64,000 bases of DNA from Alphaproteobacteria bacterium (lineage in GTDB: Bacteria; Pseudomonadota; Alphaproteobacteria; UBA828), in contig CBDCQT010000003.1 in the NCBI GenBank assembly GCA_965220745.1, positions 96,001-160,000 of the forward strand, given 5' to 3'. The position numbers and the translations under genes were made by a program. The first letter of the stretch is position 1. The number at the start of each line of letters is the position of its first letter. Positions 1-9,396 of this stretch are shown here, in pieces. Under the pieces are notes generated by a model. It did no database searches. It was not told where the DNA came from and saw nothing but the letters and a program-made list of their open reading frames with translations.

Positions 1-2
1 TC

Positions 3-212
3 AAGGCGTACCAGTACGGCCGCGCCTCGGTGGTCGGCCCCTTCGACTACGGGCAGCTGATCGGCGCTGCGGTGATCGGCTTCCTCTGGTTCGGTGAGGT
101 CGTGGACCTCTGGACCTGGCTGGGCGCAGCGCTAATTGTCGCCAGCGGCATCTACATCGCGCGCCGCGAGGCGGTGCAGGGCGCAGGCCGCGGACCCAAG
201 GCGCATCTTTAG
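3..212 (+). CDS. DMT/EamA-family transporter, C-terminal part (truncated by window edge)
   Basis: Frame open from base 3: KAYQYGRASVVGPFDYGQLIGAAVIGFLWFGE...WLGAALIVASGIY, a typical EamA C-terminus. Confidence 0.85.
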   Translation, partial: KAYQYGRASVVGPFDYGQLIGAAVIGFLWFGEVVDLWTWLGAALIVASGIYIARREAVQGAGRGPKAHL

Positions 213-868
213 TTTGGCTTTCTCACCAGGGGGGCGGCCCAGGCGGCGAGACCAGCGAGCAGCGCGGCGAGCACCGCCCATCCCTGCCAGGTGCCCATCG
301 TCACGAGTGTGAGCGTGGAGACTGCGAGCCACAGCACCGGGGCGATGCACAGAAGGGCCGTCCAGCGGCCGCGCTCCGCGAGTGTCAACAGGCCGAGTGT
401 GGCAATGGCCGTGGGGTCCGGGGCGATGGCGACGACCTCCGCTTCGCTCCAAGGTCGTCCGTCGAGCGGCGCGAGAACGGGCCACACCAGCGCCGCCGCG
501 ACCAGCAGGCCGATGCCGGACCAGGCGCCGCGCCCCCGCTGTACGAAGACGAGCCGGCCCGAGAGTCCGAGCCCCGCGAGCAGGGCGGCCTCGGCGTAGA
601 AGCCCCAGGCGAGCGTGGGCGCCAACCAGTTGACGGTGCCGTAGCGCAGCGCGACGAACTGCCAGCCGGTCCAGAGCCAGGCGGCCCCGAGTGCTGGGCC
701 GAGCCACCACCCGGAGGGCCGCCTCCCCAATGTGAAGGTGAGCGCAAGCAACGCAACGGCCGCCAGCACCACCGGCTGGGATGGCCAGACCGACTCGTTT
801 TCCAGCGCGAAGAGCCGCCAATAGACCTGCGGCGAGAACAGCAGCAGGTCTTCGAGCGTCCAGGACAC
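209..868 (-). CDS. DUF6064-like integral membrane protein
   Basis: N-terminus WTLEDLLLFSPQVYWRLF, multiple TM segments, APDPTAIATLG motif; follows the aldo/keto reductase. Confidence 0.7.
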   Translation of the reverse strand: MSWTLEDLLLFSPQVYWRLFALENESVWPSQPVVLAAVALLALTFTLGRRPSGWWLGPALGAAWLWTGWQFVALRYGTVNWLAPTLAWGFYAEAALLAGLGLSGRLVFVQRGRGAWSGIGLLVAAALVWPVLAPLDGRPWSEAEVVAIAPDPTAIATLGLLTLAERGRWTALLCIAPVLWLAVSTLTLVTMGTWQGWAVLAALLAGLAAWAAPLVRKPN

Positions 869-921
869 GGCTAGGCTAGAGCATCATCCGCCCATGCCGG
901 ATCGCGGTGGCCCGAACCTCA

Positions 922-1036
922 CCCACCTCTCCCTGACCCTCTCCGCCCTCCAAGGCGGAGAGGGAACGCAGGCTGCACCGCCCTTTTCTCCCTCTCCTCC
1001 CCGCGGGGGAGGAGAGGGCCGGGGAGAGGAGGGGGG
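922..1036. repeat. Intergenic palindromic element: two inverted CCCTCTCC...GGAGAGGG hairpin units (REP/RIME-like)
   Basis: Hairpin 1: ccctctccgcc 937-947 pairs with ggcggagaggg 954-964. Hairpin 2: ccctctcctcccc 990-1002 pairs with ggggaggagaggg 1006-1018. Flanks cctctccctga and ccggggagagg are inverted. Confidence 0.8.
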
Positions 1037-1050
1037 AATTCGGGTAGCCC

Positions 1051-1953
1051 TTACAGGCTCTGCACATGCTCCGCCATGCGCCGGCGCATGGCGGCGTCCG
1101 GCATGGGGCCGAATGCGGCCGACTTGTTCTCGCGCACATGATCGACCTGCCTGGTCGCCGGGATGGCGGCCGTGACCGCGGGGTGCGAGATGATGAATTT
1201 CAGCAGGAACTGCGGCCAAGTGGAGACCCCGATCTCGCCGACCCAGCCGGGCAGCGGGTGGCCCGCAAGCCAGTCCGGCAGCCGGCCGCGCTGGAACGGC
1301 CGGTTGCAGATGACCGCGATCCCGCGCTCCAGGGCGAGCGGCAGCAGGCGGCGCTCCACCTCACGGTCCACGATGTTGTAGGTGAGCTGGACGAAATCGG
1401 GCGGGCGGCGAAGCATGACCTCCTCCAGCTCTTCGTGCCGGCGGCCGTGCGAGGTGGTGACGCCGGTGTAGCGCAGCCACCCGGCCGCCTTCATGGCCTC
1501 GAGGGTGTCGAGATTGGCTTCCCAGTCGATCAGGTTGTGGACCTGCAGCAGATCGAAGCGCTCCACTCCCCAACGCCGCGTGGTCTCCGCGATCTGCGCC
1601 GGCCCGTCGGAGGCATCGGTCCAGACCTTGTCGGCGGAGAAGAGGCCCGCCGGATGGCCGAGCGTCGCCAGCGCGTCGCCGATCACCGCCTGCGAGGAGC
1701 CGTACATGGGCGAGGAATCGACGATGCCCCCGCCTTCCTCGAAGAAGGCGGCCATGACGGCGCGGCATTCGGCACGCAGCAACGGATCGTCGCCCACGTT
1801 GAAGGTGATCCAGCTGCCGATCCCGACCGCCGGCACCGGCTCTCCGCTTGCGGGAATGCGCTTGGACAGCGCCTCTCCGGCTGAGGCGCCGAGCGCCGGC
1901 ACCGCAAGCGCTGCGCTTGCTCCCACCAGCACCGCCCGGCGCGTCACGCGCAT
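1051..1953 (-). CDS. Aldo/keto reductase with Tat-like N-terminus
   Basis: TRRAVL twin-Arg leader; VDSSPMYG, ADKVW, DLLQVHN, QLTYN, AIPAT AKR motifs. Confidence 0.9.
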   Translation of the reverse strand: MRVTRRAVLVGASAALAVPALGASAGEALSKRIPASGEPVPAVGIGSWITFNVGDDPLLRAECRAVMAAFFEEGGGIVDSSPMYGSSQAVIGDALATLGHPAGLFSADKVWTDASDGPAQIAETTRRWGVERFDLLQVHNLIDWEANLDTLEAMKAAGWLRYTGVTTSHGRRHEELEEVMLRRPPDFVQLTYNIVDREVERRLLPLALERGIAVICNRPFQRGRLPDWLAGHPLPGWVGEIGVSTWPQFLLKFIISHPAVTAAIPATRQVDHVRENKSAAFGPMPDAAMRRRMAEHVQSL

Positions 1954-1976
1954 GGGACGCCCTTTCGCTTCCTCGA

Positions 1977-2846
1977 TCAGAACCGTTGGTCTTGGTCCAG
2001 CTTCGAGACCCAGCCCCTGTAGTTGTGCACCGAGAAGCGCTGATACTCGACCACGTTGTAGAGGTAGGTGCCCTCCTCGATCCGCGCCTCAGCCTGTTCG
2101 TAGCCCTCCTGGGTCACGGGGACGAACTTGATGCGGTCGCCGGGCTGGAACAGCACGATGTCGCCACCGAAGACGTCGAAGCGCTTCTCCGTGTCCCAAA
2201 TCGGCACCGGCGTGCGGCCGAGCAGCTGATAGCCGCCCGGCGTGTTGACCGGGTAGATCGCGCTCGCAGACCCGCCCATGCCAACCGTGCCTTGCGGTGT
2301 CCAGGTGCGGGGCGGGTTGTATTTGGGCACGGTGATCATCGCGCGCGGGTCGAGCGGCTGGAGGAAGGGCAGTCCCGGCCAGAAGCCGAGGGAAGCCACC
2401 CAGTATTCCGAGCTCGAATGCACGCGGACGAGCTGATCGCGATCGGCGAGGCCGTTGAGCCGCGCCACCATGTCCGGGTCGTACTCCTTGGGTGTGATCT
2501 TCTCGCTGTAGTCCTCGATGCAGTCCTTGGTCCAAGGGTCGAGGTACATGGTCTCGAACAGGAAGAGCCGGCTGTCGAGCTCGATATCGTCGGTGGAGCC
2601 CAAGCTCGCGATCAGCGCCTTCAGCTCCTTCACCACGTCGTCGTAGGAAATCTCGCGCGGCTCGTAGTGAACCAGCATCGAGGCGAAGCAGGGCGCGGTC
2701 TCGACGATGCCCTTGGTCTTGTCGGCGACGATGCGCGCCGCCAGCCCTTGAGCGACGAAGTTCAGCTCCAGGTTCATCTCGTTGCCGAACTCGATCAGCA
2801 CGTAGCGGTCGCCGCCGGGGAGGAATTTGGGCTCGTCGTAGATCAT
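1977..2846 (-). CDS. Carboxyltransferase / allophanate hydrolase subunit 1 (PxpB-like) domain protein
   Basis: GDRYVLIEFG, LGFWPGLPFL, PKYNPPRTWTPQGTVGMGG, TPGGYQLLGRT motifs shared with the urea carboxylase CT domain. Confidence 0.85.
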   Translation of the reverse strand: MIYDEPKFLPGGDRYVLIEFGNEMNLELNFVAQGLAARIVADKTKGIVETAPCFASMLVHYEPREISYDDVVKELKALIASLGSTDDIELDSRLFLFETMYLDPWTKDCIEDYSEKITPKEYDPDMVARLNGLADRDQLVRVHSSSEYWVASLGFWPGLPFLQPLDPRAMITVPKYNPPRTWTPQGTVGMGGSASAIYPVNTPGGYQLLGRTPVPIWDTEKRFDVFGGDIVLFQPGDRIKFVPVTQEGYEQAEARIEEGTYLYNVVEYQRFSVHNYRGWVSKLDQDQRF

Positions 2847-2870
2847 GGCGCGGCTCTCTCGGGCGGGCGT

Positions 2871-4238
2871 TCAGGCACCCATCAAATCGGACCGATGCTC
2901 GTCCACGAAGCCGGTGTGGGTGTTCCCGGCGCGGAAGGCATCATGGTCGATCACGCGGCGCAGAAAGTCGATGTTGGTGACGATCCCCTCTATACGGAAT
3001 TCGCCGAGCGCCGTCAGCATCCTGTCGATGGCGGCGCTGCGGTCGTTGCCGTGGGCGACGAGCTTGGCGATCATGGGGTCGTAGAAGGGCGTGATCCGGT
3101 CGCCTTCCGTAACTCCGGTATCGAGGCGGATGCCTGTGCCTGTGGGCGGCGGCGCGAAGCGCTCCAGCAGCCCCGGCGAGGGCAGGAAATTCTTGTCCGG
3201 GTTCTCGGCATAGATGCGGCACTCGATGGCGTGGCCGTCGGGCCCGTCCGCCGGCGCGGCGAGCCCCGACAGGTCCTCGCCCTGCGCAAGCCGGAGCTGC
3301 AGGCCCACCAGGTCGAGCCCCGTGATCATCTCCGTCGCCGGGTGCTCCACCTGGATGCGTGTGTTCATTTCGAGGAAGTAGAACTCGCCGCCCGGCGCCA
3401 GGATGAACTCAACCGTGCCGGCGCCGCGGTAGCGCTCGCGCTCCACCAGTGCCAGCGCCGCGTCCGCCATCCGTGCTCTCAGCGCCGGGTCCACCGCAGG
3501 CGAGGGCGCCTCCTCGACGATCTTCTGGAAACGCCGCTGTACCGAGCACTCGCGCTCCATCAGGTGGAAGCCGCGCCCGTCGCCGTGCCCAAAAACCTGA
3601 ATCTCGACGTGGCGCGGGCGTTGCACCAGCCGCTCCAGGTAGACCGTGCCGTCGCCGAATGCACGCTCCGCCACGGTCTGGGTGGCGGTGACGACGTCCG
3701 CGAGCTTGGCCAGATGGTCCACCTGCCGCATCCCGATACCGCCGCCCCCGGCGGACGCCTTCACCAGCAGCGGGAATCCCACCGCCGCAGCAGCCTCGTC
3801 GAGACCGGAGGGGTCGTCGGCCGCGAGCCGCGCGCTGCCGGGGACGATGGGGAGGCCCGCGTCGCGCGCGATGGTGCGGGCGCGCTCCTTGTCGCCCATG
3901 GCGGCGATGCTCTCCGCCGTGGGCCCGACCCAGACGAGGCCGGCGTCTTCCACAGCGCGGGCGAAGGCCGAGTTCTCGGCGAGGAAGCCGTAGCCCGGAT
4001 GGATCGCATCGGCGCCGCTCTCTCTCGCCGCGGCGATAATCTTGTCGGCGACGAGGTAGCTCTCCTTGGCCGCCGGCGAGCCGATGGGCAGCGCCTCGTC
4101 GGCCTCGGCCACGTGGCGGGCCTCGGCGTCAGCTTCCGAATAGACCGCGACCGTGGCGATGCCGAGCGACCGCGCGCTTCGCATGATCCGGCAGGCGATC
4201 TCGCCCCGGTTCGCAATCAGGAGCTTTTGCATGGGCAC
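2871..4238 (-). CDS. Biotin carboxylase subunit (AccC-like)
   Basis: LIANRGEIA, HPGYGFLAEN, GGGGIGM, RECSVQRRFQK, EMNTRIQVEH, YDPMIAKL; no fused biotinyl domain. Confidence 0.95.
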   Translation of the reverse strand: MPMQKLLIANRGEIACRIMRSARSLGIATVAVYSEADAEARHVAEADEALPIGSPAAKESYLVADKIIAAARESGADAIHPGYGFLAENSAFARAVEDAGLVWVGPTAESIAAMGDKERARTIARDAGLPIVPGSARLAADDPSGLDEAAAAVGFPLLVKASAGGGGIGMRQVDHLAKLADVVTATQTVAERAFGDGTVYLERLVQRPRHVEIQVFGHGDGRGFHLMERECSVQRRFQKIVEEAPSPAVDPALRARMADAALALVERERYRGAGTVEFILAPGGEFYFLEMNTRIQVEHPATEMITGLDLVGLQLRLAQGEDLSGLAAPADGPDGHAIECRIYAENPDKNFLPSPGLLERFAPPPTGTGIRLDTGVTEGDRITPFYDPMIAKLVAHGNDRSAAIDRMLTALGEFRIEGIVTNIDFLRRVIDHDAFRAGNTHTGFVDEHRSDLMGA

Positions 4239-4407
4239 CGGGCTCGTGGGTGCCGCGCGGCACGGCTTGCGGCCGCGCTCGACAACCGGGCGAGAGGCTA
4301 CCCGCCCCCTCCGGGCGCCGCAAGCCGAGGCCGGTATTCATGCCCCTACGACCGGGCGGCGTTGTGCGGCATAGTATCGCCCGGCCTCCGCGACAGGGTT
4401 GTACGCG

Positions 4408-6564
4408 ATGCTGGAAAAGGCGCTGATCCCGCAGATTCTCGCCATCGACGCGGGCGGGACGATGACGGACACCTTCCTGATCGATCAGGACGGCAACTTC
4501 GTCGTCGGCTAGGCGCAGACGACGCCGCACGATGAGTCGATCGGCTTCATCCAGTCGGCAAAGGACGCGCTGAACTATTGGGACCTGGGGCTGGACGCGA
4601 GCTTCCCGCACCTCAAGACCGGGATTTATTCCGGCACCGCCATGCTCAACCGCCTGCTGGAGCGCAAGGGGCGCGAGGTCGGTGTGATCGTGAGCGGCGG
4701 CATGGAGGACTATCTCAGGACCGAGCGCGCCATCCAGACCTATCTCGGCTATCCGTTCTCGGACCGCCTGCACGTCATCACGCACCACCACAACGAGCCG
4801 TTGGTCCCGCGCGAGCGCATCCTGGGCGTGCGCGGGCGTATCGACCTCTTCGGCAGGGAGATCATCCCGCTCTACGAAGGCGACGTGCGCGACGCCGTGC
4901 ACAGCCTGATCGATCACGACGTTGCGTCGATCGTCGTCTGCCTGCTGTTCTCCTACAAGAACAAGGACCACGAGCGGCGGGTGCGTGAGATCGGCCAGGA
5001 AGTCATGGCCGAGCGTGGGGTGGCCGAAAAGCCTATCTACCTGTCGAGCGAGCTTTACCCCACGCGCCAGGATTTTCCGCGCCTCAACTCCACCATCATG
5101 GAGGCCTACGCGGCGGAGCCCTCGCGCGAGACGCTGCAGGTGGTTCAGGAGGTCTGCCGGCAGGCGGGCGGCAGGTTCGAGCTTCGGATCATGGCGAGCC
5201 ACGGCGGCACCATCTCCATCAACGCGCGGGAGCTCGCGCGGACCATGATCAGCGGGCCCATCGGCGGGGTCGTGGGAAGCAAGTTCCTGAGCGAGCGGAT
5301 CGACGTGCCCAACATCGCGTGCACCGATATCGGCGGCACCTCCTTCGATATCGCGCTGATCACGGACGGCGAGTTCTCCACCAAACACGCGCCCGACATC
5401 GGCCGAATCCTGCTCAACATGCCGATGGTGCGGATCGATTCCGTGGGCTCGGGCACCGGCTCCTACGTCCGCGTCAACCCGATCACCAACCGCATCGAGA
5501 TCGGGCCGGACAGCGCCGGCGCGATGATCGGCGTCTCCTGGCCGGACGGCGGCGTCGAGACCGTGACCATCACCGATTGCAACATCGTGCTCGGCTACCT
5601 CAATCCTGACTACTTTTTGGGGGGCGACATCACGCTGAGTCGGGAACACGCCATCGACGCCGTGCGCGCGCAGATCGCAGACCCGCTCGGCATCGACGTG
5701 TACCAAGCTGCCGCCGGCGTGCTGGAGCTGTTCGAGGATCAGCTCAAGAACAGCCTGCTCGGCCTGATCCTCGGCAAGGGCTACACGCCGGAGAGCTACA
5801 CGCTGCTCTGCTACGGCGGCGGCGGGCCGCTGCACGTGGCCGGCTACAGCCAGGGCCTCGCCTTCGACGACATCCTCGTGCCGGCCTGGGCGCCCGGCTT
5901 CTCGGCATTCGGCTGCGCCTGCGGCGAGTACGCCTACCGCTACGACAAGACCCTGGACATGGCGCTGCTCCCCGGCGCCGGCGCCGATAAGCGGCGCGCG
6001 GTGGCCGAGGCGATCATCGCCGCTTGGGACGAGCTGAAGGAGCAGGTCAACGCCGAGTTCGAGAAGAGCGGCGTGCGCCCGGAGTCCGTCAGCTACCGGC
6101 CGGCGGCCCGGATGCTCTACTATGGCCAGTTGAACGATCTCGAAGTCCCGGTGGAAGACGGCTACGGATCGAACCTGGAAGAGACGCTGGACGGGCTCTG
6201 CAGCGGCTTCGAGGCGGAGTACGGCAAGATGTACGGCCTCGCCGCCCGCACGCCGCAGTTCGGCTACATGGTCACGGCGGTGGTGATGACCGGGTCCACG
6301 CCTGTGGAGAAGCCGGAGCTGCCGGACGAGGCGGAGGAAGGGCCGGCGCCGCCCGCCGCCGCGCTCAAGGCAGGGCGCAACATCTATGCGGACGGCCAGT
6401 GGGTGCCGGCGCAGATCCTCGATCTGCAGCGACTCAGGCCCGGCAACGTCATCGAGGGGCCGGCCATCGTCGAGTCCCCGGCGTCGACCATGCTGGTGCC
6501 GGCGGGCCGGACGGCACGGCTCGACCGGCACAGCATCTTTCACCTGACGACCGACGCGGCGTAG
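4408..6564 (+). pseudogene. acxA: Acetone carboxylase beta subunit-like (hydantoinase A/oxoprolinase family), interrupted by in-frame TAG at 4510-4512 (codon 35)
   Basis: ATG 4408 is in frame with the 4642 ORF. Reads ...IDAGGTMTDTFLIDQDGNFVVG*AQTTP...; DIGGTSFD and YGGGGPLH motifs; 718 aa if read through. Confidence 0.8.
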
Positions 6565-6599
6565 GCCACAGGCCGGTCGGAAGAGCAGCGGAGGCTGAA

Positions 6600-8840
6600 G
6601 TGAGCAACGTCGCACTGGAGCATGACTACGGGATCGGTTGGGGCGGTGCATCGCTCGCCGGGATGCTGGAAGAGAGCGAACGGATCTTCTCGGAGACCGG
6701 CCACTACGGGGGCCTCGACGAGCTCCCGCTCAAGGCTGCCGAGCCCATCCGCTACGAGAAGATGTTCTCGCGTCTGCGCGGCGGCCTGGTGGGCGCGCGC
6801 GAGACGGCGATGAACATCTCGGCGAGCCCGATCGTGCGCGAGGTCGGCGAGCTCTGCTTCGCTCTCTACACGCCGGAAGGCGACGCGATCACGCTCAGCA
6901 CCGGGATCATGGCGCACGTCCACACGATGTCGATGGCGATCAAGCACATGATCCGCTCGGACTACGAGACCAATCCCGGAATCGCGCCCGGCGACATCTT
7001 CGTCAACAACGACCCCCAGCTTGGCGGCGTCCACAACGCCGACGTCATGAATTTCCTGCCCCTCTTCCACGAGGGCGAGATCGTCGGCTGGGCCGCCGGC
7101 GTGGTGCACGAGCTGGACGTGGGCGCCCCGCAGCCGGCCAGCATGCCCATCGGCACCGTAAGCCGCTACGAGGACGGGCTGATCCTGTCGTGCATGAAGG
7201 TGGGGTCCAACGACACGCTCAACCGCGACTACGAGAACCGCATCGAGACCGCGGTGCGGATGCCGTTCTACTGGGTGCTCGACGAGAAATGCCGCATCGC
7301 CGGCTGTCAGATCATCCGGGCGACCGTGGAACGGCTGATCGCGGAAGAGGGCATCGACACCTACAAGCTGTTCATGCGCGAGGTGATCGAGGACGCGCGA
7401 CGCGCCTTCAAGCGCAACCTCACGCAGATGACTGTGCCGGGCATCTACCGCGTGCCCTCCTTCATGGACGTGCCCCATGAGGAGGACAAGGGGCTGATGC
7501 CGGACTACGCCGCCGTCAATTCGATGATGAACTGCCCGCTCTCGCTCACCATCGGGCGGGACGCCTCGTTCCACGTCGATCTCGACGGCGCCAACAAGTG
7601 GGGCTACCACTCGTTCAACTGCACGCCGTCCGGGCTGCAGGGCGGGCTCTGGGTCGTGCTCTCTCAGACGCTCGTGCCCAACGACAAGGTCAATGACGGC
7701 GCCTATCTCGCGACCTCGTTCAACACGCCCTACGGCACCTGGTCCAACCCCGACAACAGGAGCGTTTCCAACACGCTCTCCTGGATATTCCTGATCCCCT
7801 GCTTCACGGGGCTGATCCATGCGCTGAGCCGCGCCTTCACCGCGCGCGGCTACCTGGAGGAGGTACTGGCCGCCTATCCCTTCACCGGCAACATCACGCA
7901 AGGCGGCGGAATCAACCACCACGGCCAGGATGCCGGCTGGTCGAACTTCGAGCATTCGAGCTGCGGTATCTCCGCCCGCTGGGGCTACGACGGCGAGGTC
8001 TCGGGCGCGGCGATGTGGAATCCGGAAGGCGACATGGGCGATGTCGAGGCCTGGGAGCTGACCGAGCCGCTGCTCTATTTCGGCCGCCGCATCCGCCCCA
8101 ATACCGGCGGGCCCGGCAAGCAACGCGGCGGCTCCGGCTGGGAATGCGTGCGCATGCTCTACGGCACCGAGCGGCAGATCCTCTTCCACTGCAACAGCGG
8201 CCATGTCTTCCAGACCTCGGGCCTCTACGGCGGCTATCCGGGCTCCAGCGGCTACCGCCACATGATCACCAACACCGACATGAAGGAGAGGATCGCCCAG
8301 GGCCTGCCCTATCCGGTCGAGGACAAGGATACCGAGGACAGCCAGATCGTGGCCAACGTGGAGGCCGATCACCTGATCGACCGCCGCTGCCATCACTTCC
8401 CGGTATCCCAGAGCGAATACGACCTCTATCTGAGCGTGCTCAACGGCGGTCACGGGTTGGGCGATCCGCTCGACCGCGAGCCGGAGGCCGTCGTCGCCGA
8501 CCTGAACTCGGGCGACGTGCTGCCCCGCTTCGCGCCGACGACCTACGGCGTCGTCGCCGAGCAGGATGCCGACGGGCACTGGGTGCTGGACTTGAGCGCG
8601 ACTGATGCGCTGCGCGCCGACATGCGCAAGCAGCGCCTCGCAGACAGCGTGCCGGTCGAGGAGTGGATGGAAGGCCAGCGCGGCCGCGCGGCCGATCTCG
8701 ACTTCATCGAGCCGGTCGCCAAGGCCTATCGCGAGAGCATCGAGTTGTCGGAGAACTGGGCGGCGCTCTACAAGGATTTCTGGGGCCTGCCGGCGGATTG
8801 GTCCCCGCCCAACGGCGATGCCTCGGGCCGCGAGCACTAG
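6600..8840 (+). CDS. acxB: Acetone carboxylase alpha subunit-like (hydantoinase B/oxoprolinase family)
   Basis: GTG 6600 after GGAGG. YEKMFSRLRGGLV, ISASPIV, GELCF, HNAD and HELD metal motifs, WNPEGDMG. Confidence 0.88.
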   Translation: MSNVALEHDYGIGWGGASLAGMLEESERIFSETGHYGGLDELPLKAAEPIRYEKMFSRLRGGLVGARETAMNISASPIVREVGELCFALYTPEGDAITLSTGIMAHVHTMSMAIKHMIRSDYETNPGIAPGDIFVNNDPQLGGVHNADVMNFLPLFHEGEIVGWAAGVVHELDVGAPQPASMPIGTVSRYEDGLILSCMKVGSNDTLNRDYENRIETAVRMPFYWVLDEKCRIAGCQIIRATVERLIAEEGIDTYKLFMREVIEDARRAFKRNLTQMTVPGIYRVPSFMDVPHEEDKGLMPDYAAVNSMMNCPLSLTIGRDASFHVDLDGANKWGYHSFNCTPSGLQGGLWVVLSQTLVPNDKVNDGAYLATSFNTPYGTWSNPDNRSVSNTLSWIFLIPCFTGLIHALSRAFTARGYLEEVLAAYPFTGNITQGGGINHHGQDAGWSNFEHSSCGISARWGYDGEVSGAAMWNPEGDMGDVEAWELTEPLLYFGRRIRPNTGGPGKQRGGSGWECVRMLYGTERQILFHCNSGHVFQTSGLYGGYPGSSGYRHMITNTDMKERIAQGLPYPVEDKDTEDSQIVANVEADHLIDRRCHHFPVSQSEYDLYLSVLNGGHGLGDPLDREPEAVVADLNSGDVLPRFAPTTYGVVAEQDADGHWVLDLSATDALRADMRKQRLADSVPVEEWMEGQRGRAADLDFIEPVAKAYRESIELSENWAALYKDFWGLPADWSPPNGDASGREH

Positions 8841-8856
8841 CTCCGGGAGCGACGCC

Positions 8857-9360
8857 ATGACCGCCTACGACAAGGCCACGATCGAAGAGCTCTACCGCGG
8901 CACGCTGCCCTGGCCGCAGCTCAAGCAGATGATGAGCGCGTTCAAGGACGTGGAGCGTTTCGACACCTTCCTCGCCGTCCTCCAGGAACAGGTGCCCTGG
9001 GACGACCAGGTGCTTCTGCCCCTCGGCCCCAAGCTCTTCATCGTGCTCAAGGATGATGGGTCCATCGTCACCAAGAGCATGAGCGGCCACGAGTTCGGCG
9101 ACTACCGGGAGAACTGGAAGCTCAAGGCGCGCATCGCCGTGCGGGATACCGATGAGAAGATGCAGGAGATTTATCCCAAGTGGATGCACGCCGACCCAGC
9201 GTGGATGGAGCTCCGCGAGTACTACGACCCGCTGGACGGCTCATTGCTGGAGGTGGAGGCGGTGCCGCCGGGCTATCCCATCGTGCACAGCTTCGAGCCC
9301 GACCTCGAAGGCTTCTACACGGAGTGGCTCGGCCGGGAGTTCCCGCCCAAGCGAGCCTGA
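8857..9360 (+). CDS. acxC: Acetone carboxylase gamma subunit-like, Cys-free
   Basis: GTLPW, KDVERF, GHEFGDYRENWKL, EVEAVPPGYPIVHSFEPD, FYTEWLG; position after acxB. Confidence 0.85.
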   Translation: MTAYDKATIEELYRGTLPWPQLKQMMSAFKDVERFDTFLAVLQEQVPWDDQVLLPLGPKLFIVLKDDGSIVTKSMSGHEFGDYRENWKLKARIAVRDTDEKMQEIYPKWMHADPAWMELREYYDPLDGSLLEVEAVPPGYPIVHSFEPDLEGFYTEWLGREFPPKRA

Positions 9361-9396
9361 GCCAGACACATCCCCTGTCTTGCTTGCGGAGGGTTG

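Noticed and set aside
4510-4512. Genome-wide TAG reassignment
   Set aside because: Many genes here (acxA 3' end, acxB, ureC, potA-like) end at TAG exactly where their families end
1848-4535. Long ORFs such as 1848-4535 (+), 4129-6651 (-), 6540-8858 (-), 14287-16182 (-), 40206-43286 (-)
   Set aside because: Antisense shadows of well-supported genes, expected in high-GC DNA; no family motifs
6024-6599. Long N-terminal extensions in the ORF track (acxB, acxC, permease 11805, SBP 23415, P450 51341, mreB 52658, lipoprotein 56511)
   Set aside because: They overlap upstream genes or spacers; downstream starts have RBSs and match family N-termini
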